Positions 31,707-46,049 of a stretch of DNA of 64,000 bases are shown here, in pieces. Made by a program: the position numbers and the translations under genes. This DNA comes from Trichoplax adhaerens. Lineage: Eukaryota > Animalia > Placozoa. The stretch's first letter is position 1; every line of letters starts with the position of its first letter. Below the pieces are notes generated by a model that ran no database searches, had not been told where the DNA came from, and saw nothing but the letters and a program-made list of their open reading frames with translations. The stretch lies in NCBI RefSeq assembly GCF_000150275.1, contig NW_002060949.1, positions 4,893,006 through 4,957,005 on the forward strand, written 5' to 3'.

Positions 31707-34700
31707 TTAGAGATGAATTTCTTTTTTTTTCGCTGAAGATGAGCCATTGCTAGATACTTTATCTTTATGATCGGCGAGATGATAACCGTTTGTATCGCCA
31801 TTTCTATCGCTATTTCTATAGGTAATATCAATATATTCCATGCTGAATTTAGTTGAATCCACATCGGTTATATTGTGTTCTCCAGAATTATGCGATCGAT
31901 ATTTAAATATAAGAAAGGTACCAATAGCTCCTAAAATGAGAACAACCACAATGACGATAGCAACAATAACGCCAGGATCAACAGTCTGAGCTACTGGTGG
32001 GGAAATGGAGCCAGAAGTTGCTGTAGGTCTAGTACTAGGAAAGGAAGACCAATAACTTGGTGGAGGTCGAGTTAATTTATCGAAGCAAACATTTTCATAC
32101 ACTCTACTGCTTGGATTTCTTCTATTAGTATGAATGATGATGTTCGATGGTCTACCAATATTGAATGCGATATCGAGAATACGAACAGAGGCAAAAGATA
32201 CGTTATCCACACAGAAAGATGACGTAGGAGAGTTATTGATGTTGCCTAATCTGATCACGCCATTTTGTAAGCTAGAAATGGTATTCACTTCGCTAGTATA
32301 TAAAACCACTCCATCAACAGCTAGCGATCCATTCGACGGTACTATCGTCACATTATGTTTAACTCCATCATTAACAGTTAATGGCAGTTGAACGATAGCG
32401 CTATTAATGCTATACATTATACGACCATTGCGTAAACTAAAGCCTAAATAAATATTACTGGCATTGATAGTCATGAGAGCAATATCACTTTCTGTAGTGA
32501 CAAATGAAAAGAGGATGTTATGATGTTGTTGGCCAGAGACAAAATTGACATTAGGTGATGTATATTGAATATAGCCATCTCCTGCAATGCTGGCACCCTT
32601 AACTAAAATAATTAAAAATTTAATTTTACATTTAATTTCACATTCAAAATTAGTGACCTTATAAGCTTCTATGATATAGTGTCTTTAAAGTAATAAAATA
32701 AGAACCACAGGTTCTTGTAAACTTCACTTTTTACATCAATTAGCTTCATCTTACAACTAACAAGGACTATCTAGTTGCAATCAGACTATCTAAATTATTA
32801 CAGAAAAATTCACCATTTATATACAATTCGTCACAGAATGATTAATCTTGCACTCAAACACTTAGTTCTTCTATTCTCTTTTGACCCTATAGAGTATAAT
32901 CTTAACCTAATTTAGGCTACACTGCGGCTTCTTATTACGCCTACTTATTAAGATATTCTTAATCGTTTATACTAGGAAAATACTATAGGGATAAAACATG
33001 ATTTATGGCTTTCGTTAATTCGTTCATCACTATAGTTATCGTGTAAATTTCGTAAACGGTTTTAAGTCTATCTACGACTGTGGTATTACTAAATCGATCA
33101 AAATACTTTTCAAATTTCTTTAAAATAACTATTAGCACTAATTTCAATTCCTATAGCTTGCAATAGCTATGATGTTTAAAACTATATTATAGTAGTTTAG
33201 TAGGCAATATATTTTACTCCAAAAACAAATAGGATTCTCATAGTACAAGATATTCAATTTAATCTTACCATAACTACATGTTGATCCTGTATAACTTGAT
33301 TGAGAGCAATTGCATGTAAATGAAAACAAATCACCACTACATGGATTATTATGCTTGCATGGCTTATTATAACAGGCATCAGCACATCCAGATCGGAGAC
33401 CTTTTTGACCAGGTCTTGCAGCCAAATTAGGTAAATCGAGCAATTTATAATCGATGATTAAATCGCCAATGCAACCAGCAAATCCTGTTTGGCTATTTAT
33501 TGGTATATCAATCAATACATTAGCAAAATTGCACTATAAATCACGGAGTAATTAATTAAATAAATTTATTCTAATGGAATAATTATAGTACATGAGCAAT
33601 AAGTTGCTGGCAGATGATAAATTTACGCGTTCCAGTAACAAATTATAAATCATAAAGCAATTGACTAGTTGCATATCAATACATGAAAGGGGCTGTATTT
33701 ATCGACCTAAGGATGAAATAACCAGCTAATAAGTTCTAAATTGTGATGATATACAGTAATTTAATGCCTATAAAGTTCTTGAGAAATTGAAATGAGGTTA
33801 AAGAGTACAAAATTTTGAATGTTAATTGCACGTAAACACTAACAAAACTGATGGATAGCGGCAGTCAGTTATGATATTACGTGTATTTCATTACAGATAT
33901 TGCCGTTTATGGACTAGTCATTTGCTTACCCAATTAAGTTAGAACCAATAATAAGTGGGCCATTGATGTTCGTAAATCGATGATTTTGTATACCATGAAG
34001 ATTAATATGGTTTCGGATGGGCAAGCGATCGATTTGAAGAGACGCAATTCCAGGGAAAAACTGAATTTTAACCATATGCCACTGATTATTATTAAAAAGT
34101 TGACCTTGTGATGGCCGGCGAACAACAATTTTACTATCGCTAACAGTATGGCCATAGTTATACCTCAATTCAAACTGGTCTGCAGACATTTTAATTGTAA
34201 AGTAATCAAAGGATAATCCTTTATAACTTAACAGCGTACCAGCAGATACTTGAGTTTTAAAATAAAATTGAATCGATGTTTTAAAATATTTTCCCCAGTC
34301 ATTGATCAGTAGGCCATGAGTAGTGGACGATAGAGTAATGATATTACTCGGCTGAGCTAAAATATCAAAGGATAAAAAAGTAAAGAAATACTTTATAAAA
34401 TGTACGGAAGTCGTTATTCATTTTGTTATTTTTCAATTAATAGAATTGCAAGTTTTGACTATCCTATAAAATTAAAAGTAAATTGAAAATGAACTACGAT
34501 CAAAGTACATTCCTATCTCAGTATGCGTTTATGCTTTACTTCTAGTTAGTTACTTTAGTTTATGAGTGTGAAATTGACAACGGTTATAGCTAGATATCAT
34601 TAATTTGACTTTATACGATTGATAATGATCAATCTAAAGAAAAATCAAATCAAAAGAAAATAATTGGCAACTGTTCGATTTGCCTTATGACCAGATATTG

Positions 34701-37700
34701 TTAGTACGCGTATAGCATTTATAACATAAACGAAATTGGTAATCCATCTTAATAACAAACAGTAGTGCAAAAAATAAATTCTCAATAAACTCTAAATAAA
34801 TTTAATGATCTACATGGAAAATAAGACAGACAGGACTAGATGAGAATAAAATCCTATAAGCGTAACTTGGCATGATATTTTCAATTTACCTGGTCCACTA
34901 CAGATAAAATTGCCAATATCGTAGGAGGCAAAAGTTGAATTGGTTATTTGTGACAAGCCAAGGTGTAATTCTTTTATAGGTAAATATCTTTTGTCGTTTA
35001 ATGTTCCTCTATCTTCTAGAACACGGTTAGCAAATGAATCACAATTGCATGATTTATTTTTGTTATAGCAATTATTTACGACGCCACATGCACATTTAGA
35101 CGAATTTGATGGAGCTCCAGCCCAATTTTTCATTCTTCGACCATCTTGTGATATCCACCAGATATAAGGTTGTCCAGGTGAATTAAGTAATAGTGCTTGT
35201 CTACAAGTAAAGCTAAGATCTTGACGACAACGATCTGATACTTTAGCCAAAGCAGATAATTGTTGAATTGAAATTGTATTTCCCCGTTGATTGATGTTAT
35301 TCGTTGTAGCAAGATAGCCTAATGGAGTGACTGCTTTACCGGGCCCAACATTAGCCGCAATAGGACGTAAATTCCTCTGTAAAGTATTATTATGCGTAGC
35401 TACAGTATCGCTAGGTGATCTACCATCACAGTAGACTGTAAATGGCAAATTAGAACCATATGGACCATCTGGATCAATCATATAATTATTGCTCAAATTT
35501 CTAGTATCACTTTGAAAGTGATCGTGGCATGATTTTTTATATCGATCTAGAATTGAAAAAGCAGAGAAAAAGTTATACACCTAAAATGCACGCATGCGAA
35601 TAGTAAGTAGCTGAAAGAGAGTTGATTTTGAAGAGGCGTAAATTATAAAATACTATTACAAGTCATTACAGATAAATGGAACCCATATTTCAATACAAAT
35701 ATTTCATATTTAGATTTATAGTAAAGACATAATAAAGAACTTTGTTGCGATAGGTCTCAATATGAATATTTCATATTTAGATTTATAGTGAAGATACAGT
35801 AAAGGAATTGACTGCGAAATGTTTCAATACGGATATTTCATATTTAGATTTATAGTGAAGATACAACCAAGAAATTGGCTGCGAAAATACTTCAATAAAA
35901 ATATCTCATATTTAGATCTATGGTAAAGATACAATAAAGAGGTTTGCCGTAGAATGCTAGCTATTGGACTTTGAAGTCGAATAATAATTATACAGTAATA
36001 GTAATCTAGGAGTCCAAACAGTACGTATACTGATAATATCATGAGCGGGATGTTGTACTTGTTATAATAAATTTAGGAAAATTGGAAAATAGAATGCTAA
36101 TCTTAACTATCATTGACTCTTACTATTATCTGTAAAAATGATCAGTTACAATAATCAGTCTATCAACAATTATTTCAATCATAACATTTGAATAACTTAC
36201 ATAGATGGCAATATTGTCCTTGGTATGGCCTCGATATATCACAATCACATCGAAATGTATTATCTACCATACTACAGATGCCATTATTAAAACAAGGTGA
36301 GACCGGATAGCACAAATTGGACACAGTGCAGCCATTTTTAATCACTGAATTTTTAGTAACATTGCCGTCATCAATATTGACACGAACTTGATTAATCTTG
36401 ATATCACGTATACATCCTTTAAAACCTGTCCCTGATGAACGACCAATAATGATGGTTGGCCTTGCAATTTGATCACTGCCACGTAAAAATATTAATGCTT
36501 TACTTTTACCGTCTAAAGTTGCTGTAAAGCGATCATTAACAACATTCAATGTAAATTGATGCCAAACACCGTCGGTAACACTGGTTTCAAAAAGGAAAAT
36601 ATCTTGTGTTCCAATAAATTTAACACTTAATTTACCAAATTCAATACTAACATAAAATGGATTCAGTTGCGTTGGTAATCGTGCTAAGGAGATTAACTCA
36701 ATGCCAAACCCGTAATGGACAGTACGAAATGAAAAGGATAGGGTAAATGATGGCGATAGTGAATTAAATGTCATGTGCGATGATGTATCCAAGAAAGTAT
36801 AAGGTGTATAGATTGTTAATGCCGTACAACTAGTGGTAACATTGCCGAAATTTATTCTAGACCAAAATTTCATAGCAGCATTATTTGCTGGCAACGTTTG
36901 TTGGTCCACTACAATTTTGCCAATGCAACCGATTAAAAATGGACGTTGGGCGCTTGCCAAATCCGACGGAAGACCACCAGCGTAGATGATATTATCGAAA
37001 GGTGAGCCACGGTGTCCCATAGTAAAATTAACACTAGCACTTGTTGTTGTATCCACAGATAAATAGCCAGTGTACCCTGCTTTCCTGATAGTGATAGAAT
37101 GCAAGTTATTATCACTGATATTTCCCGAATTATGGATCCAATTGGTTCTACCGTCCGGTGTTGTAAATCCATAACGTAGAAATCCTTTCCATAATTGCAA
37201 TGTAACACTGGATCGATCACGACCAACAGTATGCAGTACAAGACCATCGGTGGAAGATGTCGTTAATGATATCCTTAATGTATGATTGCTACTATATTGG
37301 GATACAGTTGGTGCTACTTGCGATAAATACTGAACGTAGCCTTGGCCATCGAAAAAATCTAATTATAATGGAAGAAATTAAAAAATTAGTAATAAAGCAA
37401 ACATTTATCTCTATTCATTTTGACTAATTTTATTGTAAAGAAGTAGCAGTAGGGCAGAATAAGATATAGTCGCCCTTATTAGAATCGATAATTAATAATC
37501 TTTCAGTGTACGTGTCCCTACTATTCCAACTGCGATATTAGATCCTTTTGAGCCCAATTCTCGCCCATAAGACAGAAAGCGTCCATTAATGACTCAATAA
37601 TTGACAGAGGCATTAGTCTGAAAATTCATCTCATCTTGATAGTGATATGTTAAGCAATTCTCTATCAAATTGCCAACTAGTGAAATAGTTATTCGAAATT

Positions 37701-40700
37701 ATTGCATTAATCGTTGCGGTACAACATGGCGTTAGCTGTTATAGAGAAAAGAGCTGAGAAAAGGGCTAAAGTGTCATTATGCTCATTTTAGATACATTCT
37801 ACGCTCATTTTTTCATAATTCTTTTCTACTGTTTTTAAATCAATACTGGCTAATTAATCCAAAATTAGCAAGTGACTATAGAATTATTTTTATAATTAAA
37901 TGCCGGATAAATTTACTTTAAATATCTCGTTATACAATCATTTACTGTCTTAAACTAAATAGTTCATACATAAGGTAATGTATTTTCCCAGTTACAATAC
38001 AAACATTTTAAATTCTTAATCAGGATGTAAGGATATCATTAGGATCAGTATATGAACATAAGCCAATAGTGTGATTTATTTTAACCTCCCTATGTTCGCT
38101 TTCCAAGATAATTTTGCTAATACAATCAAGAGATAGAACAAAAGTACAAATTAGAACTATGGACTACTAGAAGACCTGGAATACTAGAAGAATACTAGAA
38201 GAAGACCTAGAAGAAGACCTAGAAGAAGACCTAGAAGAAGACCTGCTGGTTTTCTTCTAGTAGTTCATGGTAGAACATAATAATATCAAACAATCTTACT
38301 CATAAGCACGCGAAGTAACATGATTTGGAAGATAGAGATTTCTATTTAAAGAAATTCCAGTTTTACTTGAGAAAAATTGATATTATTTTGACTTGGAGAA
38401 AATGCGAACATTAAGTAACTAATATAAGATCTATAATTATGGTAAGCAATGATAAAATGATTCTAAACTTCCAAGAAATGTATATTTCTTTATATACTCG
38501 TATACAGCTATGAAATAATATAAATTGGTTTTGTGATATCTATAGAGACCCTTATTTTCAATAGTAGCTAACCGAACTAATTTTACACTTTATAGATTGA
38601 ATTCTTTCATAGTAAGTACGGCGAGCCTATTTGTTAACATCATTAAATTTTATTACAATAGGTTAAAGGAAATGCTATCGTGGAAGTATAGAATAACAAG
38701 GCGTAGATTTTGCTATATATTTGGAGACTATAGTATAAAATCACTAAAAATCATTAATCTGCACGATATTTTAAAATGCAGGAAGAACAGAGATTATAAA
38801 GAAAGATCGAGTTGAATTAATAGATATTAAGTCAATATAAGAGATTCTGTTGATTTTCTCCATTTTTAGTTATTGGTACTAAGATAATTACGATACAAAT
38901 TGACTTTAGTGTTCATAATGCGAAAGAAATCATGGTAGCAAACCATTCAAGTGTCTAAGAAAGACCCTTTTAACAAGAAATCCTTAAGGTTCTAACAAAT
39001 TGAACATCCACAGCCAGTTAATAAATTAATAATGACCTAAAAATGCATTTTAATTCAGGACTACAAGCGCCACGCTGTCATGACTAACACATGTGGATTT
39101 TAAATTAGACGAAAAGGTTTTTCTTTTTCAGCCTTAGAGCTCGTCCATAAACCCTATTCTATTGATCAACAAGGTCAAGACTGCTATAAAAACTTGCTAT
39201 AGTCTTAATTTAGAGTGGAATAGATTTCAATGGAAAACAGAAATACTCCTGACAGCAAAGCAATCATTTTAACACTAACAGTCATTAGGATGGACTCTCT
39301 TTACTTTGTGACTGCTCTATCAAGTCTAACACTAATTAATGCGAGCAACTCGGTTTAAATAAAATTAACGCTAAAAAGCAAATCGAATAATCACTTTTAG
39401 TGAATATCCCGTTGTAGCCAAGTAATAATTTGAAAAATTTTATATTGTACAGTCTTCTTTGTTAGAAAAAGATGGGAAGGAATTCCTTTCTCAACGAGAC
39501 TGTTACAATTCTTGAATAAAAAAGCTTTCGAAATTATTGAATGGACTTGCTATAGCTTTACTAAGCAGCTCTTCTGAAGGCAGATAGCCAATAATGGCAA
39601 AGAAATCAAAGTTTTCCATTCTACACTTATACTAAACTTGGTATTCTTACCAAGCTTTAATCAAGGTTGTAATCTACACAATCATGAAATATTCATGAAT
39701 CAGTCAATATTTAAGTAGGAAAAGTTTTGTCAGTTTGAGAAATAGACTAGAGCCAAATCGTTCTATTAGCGGCATCTAGAATTATATCATTCATAACTTT
39801 ATGAGAAAGAAAAACCCCGAATTCTATAGCCCATCTATTACTGAGATCATTTTTGAACGGCGCATTAACAGCGAATGCCTCTAGTTGCTGCAAGTGTGGA
39901 AGAAGAAATAGTGTCATAGTACATATCTATAAGGATTTGCATTTCAAATCCTGTAATGAGATTGGAAATAGTTTTGGGGCCATTGCCTCACAGGCAACGA
40001 CTAGATGGAAAATTGATCATTTTACCGGGTTAAAATCTTCTATAAGGTAGATCAGGAATGCTGTCTAATAGTTACGAGATTTATTTTTGCAAATTGAGGT
40101 AATTGATATAATAAGTGTAATCACTTAGAACTAGCAGTAAAAGGAAGCGTTAGAACATCAGTAAGAGATTATAATTATTTTCGTAAAGAAGCAAGATTAA
40201 TGTCCATATAGCCAGGTACAAGATAGAGCCATCAATGTCATGGACTATCGGCAAGGTGAATTTTTTTCAATTATGTAATGATATTAGATACAGACATTTA
40301 GAATATGCAAAGATAGTGATCGCCAGAATTTTCGTATGCCAGACAGATTTTGGCATTGGTTATAATCATACAGAGTCTCCGTCCGATGGAAGATGGGTTA
40401 AAAAATATTTCATCATCAAGTAAGCTACAACTACAACTAAAATCTATAATATATTATTACTCATAATGCAGTTTACATCATATAGAAGAGGTAACTACAG
40501 AAAATTTGTCAGTTTACTTTTCTTTTAATGTGGTCATACACGATAAAGCTTTCTTGATCTTTTGATTGAAGTATAAGTAAAAATGTTGTAATATATTAGA
40601 GAGATTATCAACCGCTTTATGCCAAGATGTTGGATAAAATTTTTTTGGTTAATAAACGATGACTAGATCTAAACTTTATAGGCTTAACACGGTCTGACAA

Positions 40701-43273
40701 TGAGTTATGCAGAAAGGGAAGGAAGGGAACGTTAAAATATTTGCCTAACTATCGTAGATTTTTAGTTTTCATTTTAATGAAGTAATCCCCTGTAAGGTGG
40801 ACAAGGCTAAACGAAAGATTAATGTCCAATCTATCTTAGAGGAAGATGAAATTGGCTCATAACTAACGTATAGTCCCTTTAAGGATATTTGAAGAGAAGT
40901 TCTCTTACAAGTCTCTGGCTCTGTCGTCATTTTTAGGAAAAATTGTTTACAGCATTGTTAATGCTAATATACTGTAAGTTCAGTTCAGGCGTGGGATAAA
41001 AAAAATTGAATTTAAATTTAGTAGTACCAGGGTAATGCATTAATTTGAATATGAATCAATCGAAAGCCATTCTTTGATCTTTCTTGAGATTCAGATGCTC
41101 TGCTTTAAAGATCTCATTGAATATGAATGCCCGTATACCCATGGCTATAGACAGGGATGAATGATAGAAAAGAAAATTTATGACCATCATTAATAGTAGT
41201 GTTCTGATATGGCGATAGTCATAATTTCAACGACAGACTCTATTAGCATAGGATACGTTGCTAAAATTTGGATATATCCGTATCGTACAAGGCCCTAAGC
41301 GTTAGATTTTGCTCCAATATCATCATCTTTATTTAAAAGCAAAGACTATTTATATCTTGTTATTACAGTCTATAAATTACATTATAACTTGAAATAATTT
41401 ATTCCATCATTGAATATTGACAGTATACAGTACGAATAACATAATTACTCAGTGTTAAGAGTGAGTCTTTATTTGCCATCAGGACATGAATCTTGGTAAC
41501 CGTCTACTGCACTTATATAGATATGCCGCTTACACAACTGGTTAAGAATTAACACTCAGAATTAGCGTCTTCAAGTAGGATTGAAGAATTGTTTCAGCTT
41601 ATTCCATCATCAGTTTACCAATTTGCCGGTAGTCATTTATTCTAATTATTGCTGCATTATTCAATTTGAATAAAGTTACTCGATTTATTTCTTCAATGAG
41701 AGCACCATACTGAGAAGAAAAGTAGTAGCCTACAACACTTTAATCGTTTTTAATTGGCTTTTTATCGGTATAGTCGATATTTTTCCTTATATATTTAGTA
41801 TCTTCAGTATGAGTATATAAAGCAGAAAGAACCTCAATTTCCTGCTCGTAGCCTAATCACTGCATCGCTTTGCCTTCTTGAAATACTCAGGAATCTTGAT
41901 CTCAAACATTTCGATATTAATTTGGGCAATCTACAACGATGGCTCGTTACTAATGAAATAAATAGCCTGCAATACCAATACAAATCATCCATTTGATTTA
42001 ATCTATGGTGAAATCTGATGAAAATGATCCCATAAACTGATCCTGAGTTAAAGATCTGTTGTATTAGTAAGTACTGGGAAAGTGTGAGATAAAATGGCTG
42101 TCTTGTTACTTCTCCAACCCTTTCCCATTAATATTTAGCAGTAAGCAATCACTAAGAATAGTCATTGGCCTTAGGATTATTAATATTGACGGATGAATAT
42201 AAAATCGTCATCTTCTCTTGAAATAGCAACATATCTATTCTACTGTATGTCAATTGGTATCAAATGTTACCGATAATATTGGCCACAATAGAAAGCATAA
42301 AACAGATTTATTAAAGCCATTAACGTCTAAAGAGTAATAGAACGTCTGCATGTTCTCCACTTGACATATTCTATTTTGCATTCCTTACGCAAGATTGTTC
42401 TCATCTTCGCAGTACGTTTAATTTCTCATCTGATCATTCTAATAAACATTTCCTATCCATGAATCAATCTATTTCAGCGCTCATTATAATTATTGAATCT
42501 CTTAGCGAATATTATCAAAATAAAGTCGTGATCGATAAGGATAGTCTTACGATCAATTTTCAATGTTTCATTATAACTTGTGGTAAGGAATCCAATTTAT
42601 TAGCTAGGAATGCGTACGATCTTCTCGGTAAGAATAAATTAATATCGTAAATATCCTTGCACCGTCATAGATATAATCATTGAAACTGGTAATAGACTAC
42701 AACAACTTCTCTTAATTTTCACTCCTTGTTAGCAAAAAATCTGGAATTACTGATATTTACTGTCACTACTGCAATGATCACACTTGTGACAAAAAGCAAT
42801 AATATTACTTACAATATCGATATCATGGGCAATATTGAACTTTCTGTCAAAAATCACTATTATTACAATTATTCACGCTATTGACCATGTTTAAAAAGTT
42901 GATATAAGTTCGTATCTACGCTGGTTAATTATTTCAACAATTTGTCGTATTACTTTAAATTTTAACATAGCTGAATAAAGAATGATAATTTCATAACGTA
43001 GAAATCGACTAAGACACGTTAGCAACATTGTCTAGAATGGCGAAGTAACGTGATAGTGCTGGATAGTATGGAGCTGAAAAGAAGCTCGAATTTGAATTGG
43101 CAATTAATCGCTTTTTATCGTTAGCTTATTTTAAACGAAAGTGAAGATGGCGACTATCCGATTATAAATTCAATTAAGTAATGATTTAATACTGTTTATC
43201 TATCAACTCTCTACTTACCGCAAGTTGCTGATGCAATTAAGAGAAAGAAGTAAATAAATTGGATTCGTAACAT
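31707..43273 (-). CDS. Caspr/CNTNAP (Neurexin IV)-like type I membrane protein: signal peptide-LamG-LamG-EGF-fibrinogen-like-LamG-EGF-LamG-TM-PDZ ligand, about 1138 aa
   Basis: Phase-consistent exons 43219-43273 (MLRIQFIYFFLLIASATC, GTAAGT donor), 36201-37358, 34890-35546, 33930-34356, 33269-33492, 31707-32602 (3417 nt, divisible by 3). Motifs: DGVWH, FKGCIRDIKIN, EGF PCFNNGIC, YMIDPDG..PFTVYC, CACG..C..CNCD, TM VIVAIVIVVVLILG, tail KKKEIHL. The first exon assignment is less certain than the rest. Confidence 0.9.
35690..35950. repeat. Intronic minisatellite, 4 x about 67 bp
   Basis: ATATTTCATATTTAGATTTATAGTGAAGATACA core near 35699, 35766, 35833 and 35901, with related variable tails (TGCGA..TCAATA). 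Confidence 0.85.
38157..38270. mobile_element. MITE-like insertion with 18-bp terminal inverted repeats and an internal 12-bp tandem repeat
   Basis: Left end CTATGGACTACTAGAAGA; reverse complement of right end CCATGAACTACTAGAAGA. Flanked by direct TAGAA on both sides. Internal (CTAGAAGAAGAC) x4. Confidence 0.65.
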
Positions 43274-46049
43274 GGTTTTCAATTTCACTTGGTCTCGGCG
43301 CTTTTGAAAGAATATCCAAAGCAATTTTTATCCAACCGAGAAGTTTTATAGCTAGATATCAATGATGGTTAGTCGGAGTAATCAATAAAATAAAGATTAA
43401 TTCCGGCTTTGACAGCGCATTTAAAAACTTGTTCAGATAAAGTAAAGGGGAAAAAATCGTCGATACGGCAGTTAATGTACTGTTTTTGCCTGAAGGGAAT
43501 GGAGAATAATAGTTGGTGGTAGACAAATGAAAAGAATTCGCACTCGTCATGATAAATTATCCTTTAAGCCGCCTATGACGTTTACCTAAAACATAGTTAA
43601 CTGCAGTTTTAAGCTTTGTTCTTTTCTTTCATCCCCCACCCTTCTATTGAATATAGTTGATCAATCAATCAATCAAGGTAATCAATTCAAGAATGGAATA
43701 AAGATGGAATTAACTGTAAAATGTCTCTCGAGAAAAAACTTTTTTCGATCAGCTTGAAACATTTTAATTTAGCGGCAAAAAAGGGGAAAAATATCGATTA
43801 ATGACAACTGCAATATTTTCAACTCAATCTCCTAACATCATCTTAGGCAATCATGGAAGCTATTGGTATCCTTGATTATAGGCATCGTTGATGGTGTTCA
43901 TCATTTCAATCCGATCCTATAACTGTCGATTTATGTTTTTATATATTAGATATAATGAGAGAAAAAAGATATATAAAATAGAACAACAACAGTCTAAAAT
44001 AGACGTACCATTCACAAGGCCTTTGTAAGGCAAAAGAGTGCAATTAAAGTGAATTGAATAACCCACTCAGCAAGGAGTCATAGGCAGTCGTTTTAATTCT
44101 ACCAGCTGATTTACTCCAGTTAATTCTTGATTTAAAGTATTGTATTAAAGTGATGTGATTGAAACATAAACAATTGAATAGCATATAAATCAATACAATT
44201 TAGATTTTATTTGTTGGCCATTATTGTAGAATAATTTCATGACTGAATTTATTGGATTCTTCCTTTGATTTGCTTTCAATTTATTATCTTTTTATTCCTT
44301 TTGAATTACTTTTTTCCCCCCTATTCTGTCGTACCAGTCTCCTGTCTACGCCACTTCTATTCAATCTTAGCCATCGATTCATATTGAATACGATATTAAA
44401 TTTGATTTGACGACAAAAATACTCGAAATACGTTATTGGCATTGAATCTCATTTTTATTCCGTTAACACTTGTCAATATTTTAGCCGGAATGACTCCATT
44501 TCACCTATTAGTGCTTTTTCCTTAACTGGTCCCAGAGGAACACATTTTGCATGTTGGCATTGCCTTTTCAATACACTTCTCCATCTCGTCGAGAATCAAT
44601 TTTGGTTCTCTTTTACGTGATCATAGCCGCAGAAAATGTAAAACGCTTCGGTACATGATCTGCTCTTGAAATCATTGAAAGATGAGAGAAAAAGTAAAAT
44701 GTTCTGTTTTATCCCTTAGATGGGATTACTTGCTCTTCATCGAATTAACAATAATAACGTCATTTATTTATTCAATGCCGTCTAACGCGTACTTTATTGA
44801 CTACAAACTATAGCTTGAATTAATTAATTAGAAAATAAACAAAACAAATAGTTAATAGCAAGTTGCTGATCATTAATCTTTACATGAGGTCTATAGTCCT
44901 AATTAATGTTACATCATTTGGATAACAATAAATATTTAATTTATCACTTAAGTAAGTTTTTAAAAAAAGAGAAAATGGTCCTTTTTCTATTCGGTTTAGC
45001 GAGTTCCTCCCTTTCTCTTTTTGCCCCATCTTCGTATCACTATTAGCACTATACAGGCATAAAATATTCTTCGTCTTATCCATGCTATCCCTACCAATTA
45101 TGCCTTCCTATTGATTTCGGGCAAATTACTGATAGCCTTTTTCTTTCACAGCCTATTCTATTAAACACAAGATAAAGTGACGACTAAAAGTACTTGAACG
45201 AGTGACGATATTATTAGAATACAATCTTGATTACACCATATAATCGAGAGAATAACTATCAAATAAATCTTCCAGCTCTAATCCTTATTCTATATTACTT
45301 TATTAATCTCTTTGTAAATGGTCTGCCCTAGTAGATACTAAATCCAACTTACAAATTACTGAAAAGATTACATTTACCTTAGCATCTTTATCAACATTGG
45401 ACAATGATCTTCTATTGATAGAATGATTAAATTGAAAGATATGAAAGTGACTAAGTCAGAAATGTGTTAAATACCGGAATCAAATGAGAGCCACCTCTAT
45501 AGTCTAGCTACGGCTGTTTATTTACCACTATTATACAGTTAAAATTATTATGACTAATTAAAACTGATATTGCTAAACCTAGTTATCACAGTTGAAATTT
45601 TTTGTTATCCGTTCGTATTTCTATGCACCTACTCTATTTTCTAAAGTAAAAGATGATCCAAGCTTACAAGTAAAAAGGAAAAACCATGACTTAACTATAC
45701 GTTTATAAGAATTATTGACGTATATTGAATTTGGTAAATTAGCGTATGAATAAAGCCAAAACAAATTAAAAATAAATTCAGAATTCTCTTACTATTCAAT
45801 ATGACTGAACCAGATTCTATCGAATAGCCATCATAGTAACTACGATTCTAGTAAATTTCGCTTATAATCGGAGGCCGGTATCTAGATTGAACGACTTATC
45901 TGAGTTATCCATTCCATTCATAGTATATACTATAATATATATCTTACACCCAATCTGAAGCAACAACATCTGCCTTTGAGTTTGTTAACGAAACTGATCA
46001 GTAGTAATAGTGATACGTAAAATATATTTACATTAGCTCTGTAAAAGAA

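Noticed and set aside
35690-35950. CRISPR-like look: about 30-bp conserved core with more variable intervening sequence, four times
   Set aside because: The intervening parts are homologous to one another, the array lies in a spliceosomal intron and there are no cas genes. It is a minisatellite.
42720-42826. Hydrophobic minus-strand stretch resembling a signal peptide for the Caspr-like gene
   Set aside because: Has an in-frame TAA after MISIL. The exon at 43219-43273 has a proper ATG context and GTAAGT donor.
43359-43550. 63-aa minus-strand ORF just upstream of the Caspr-like start
   Set aside because: No motif support. It could be a uORF, but the transcript start is unknown.
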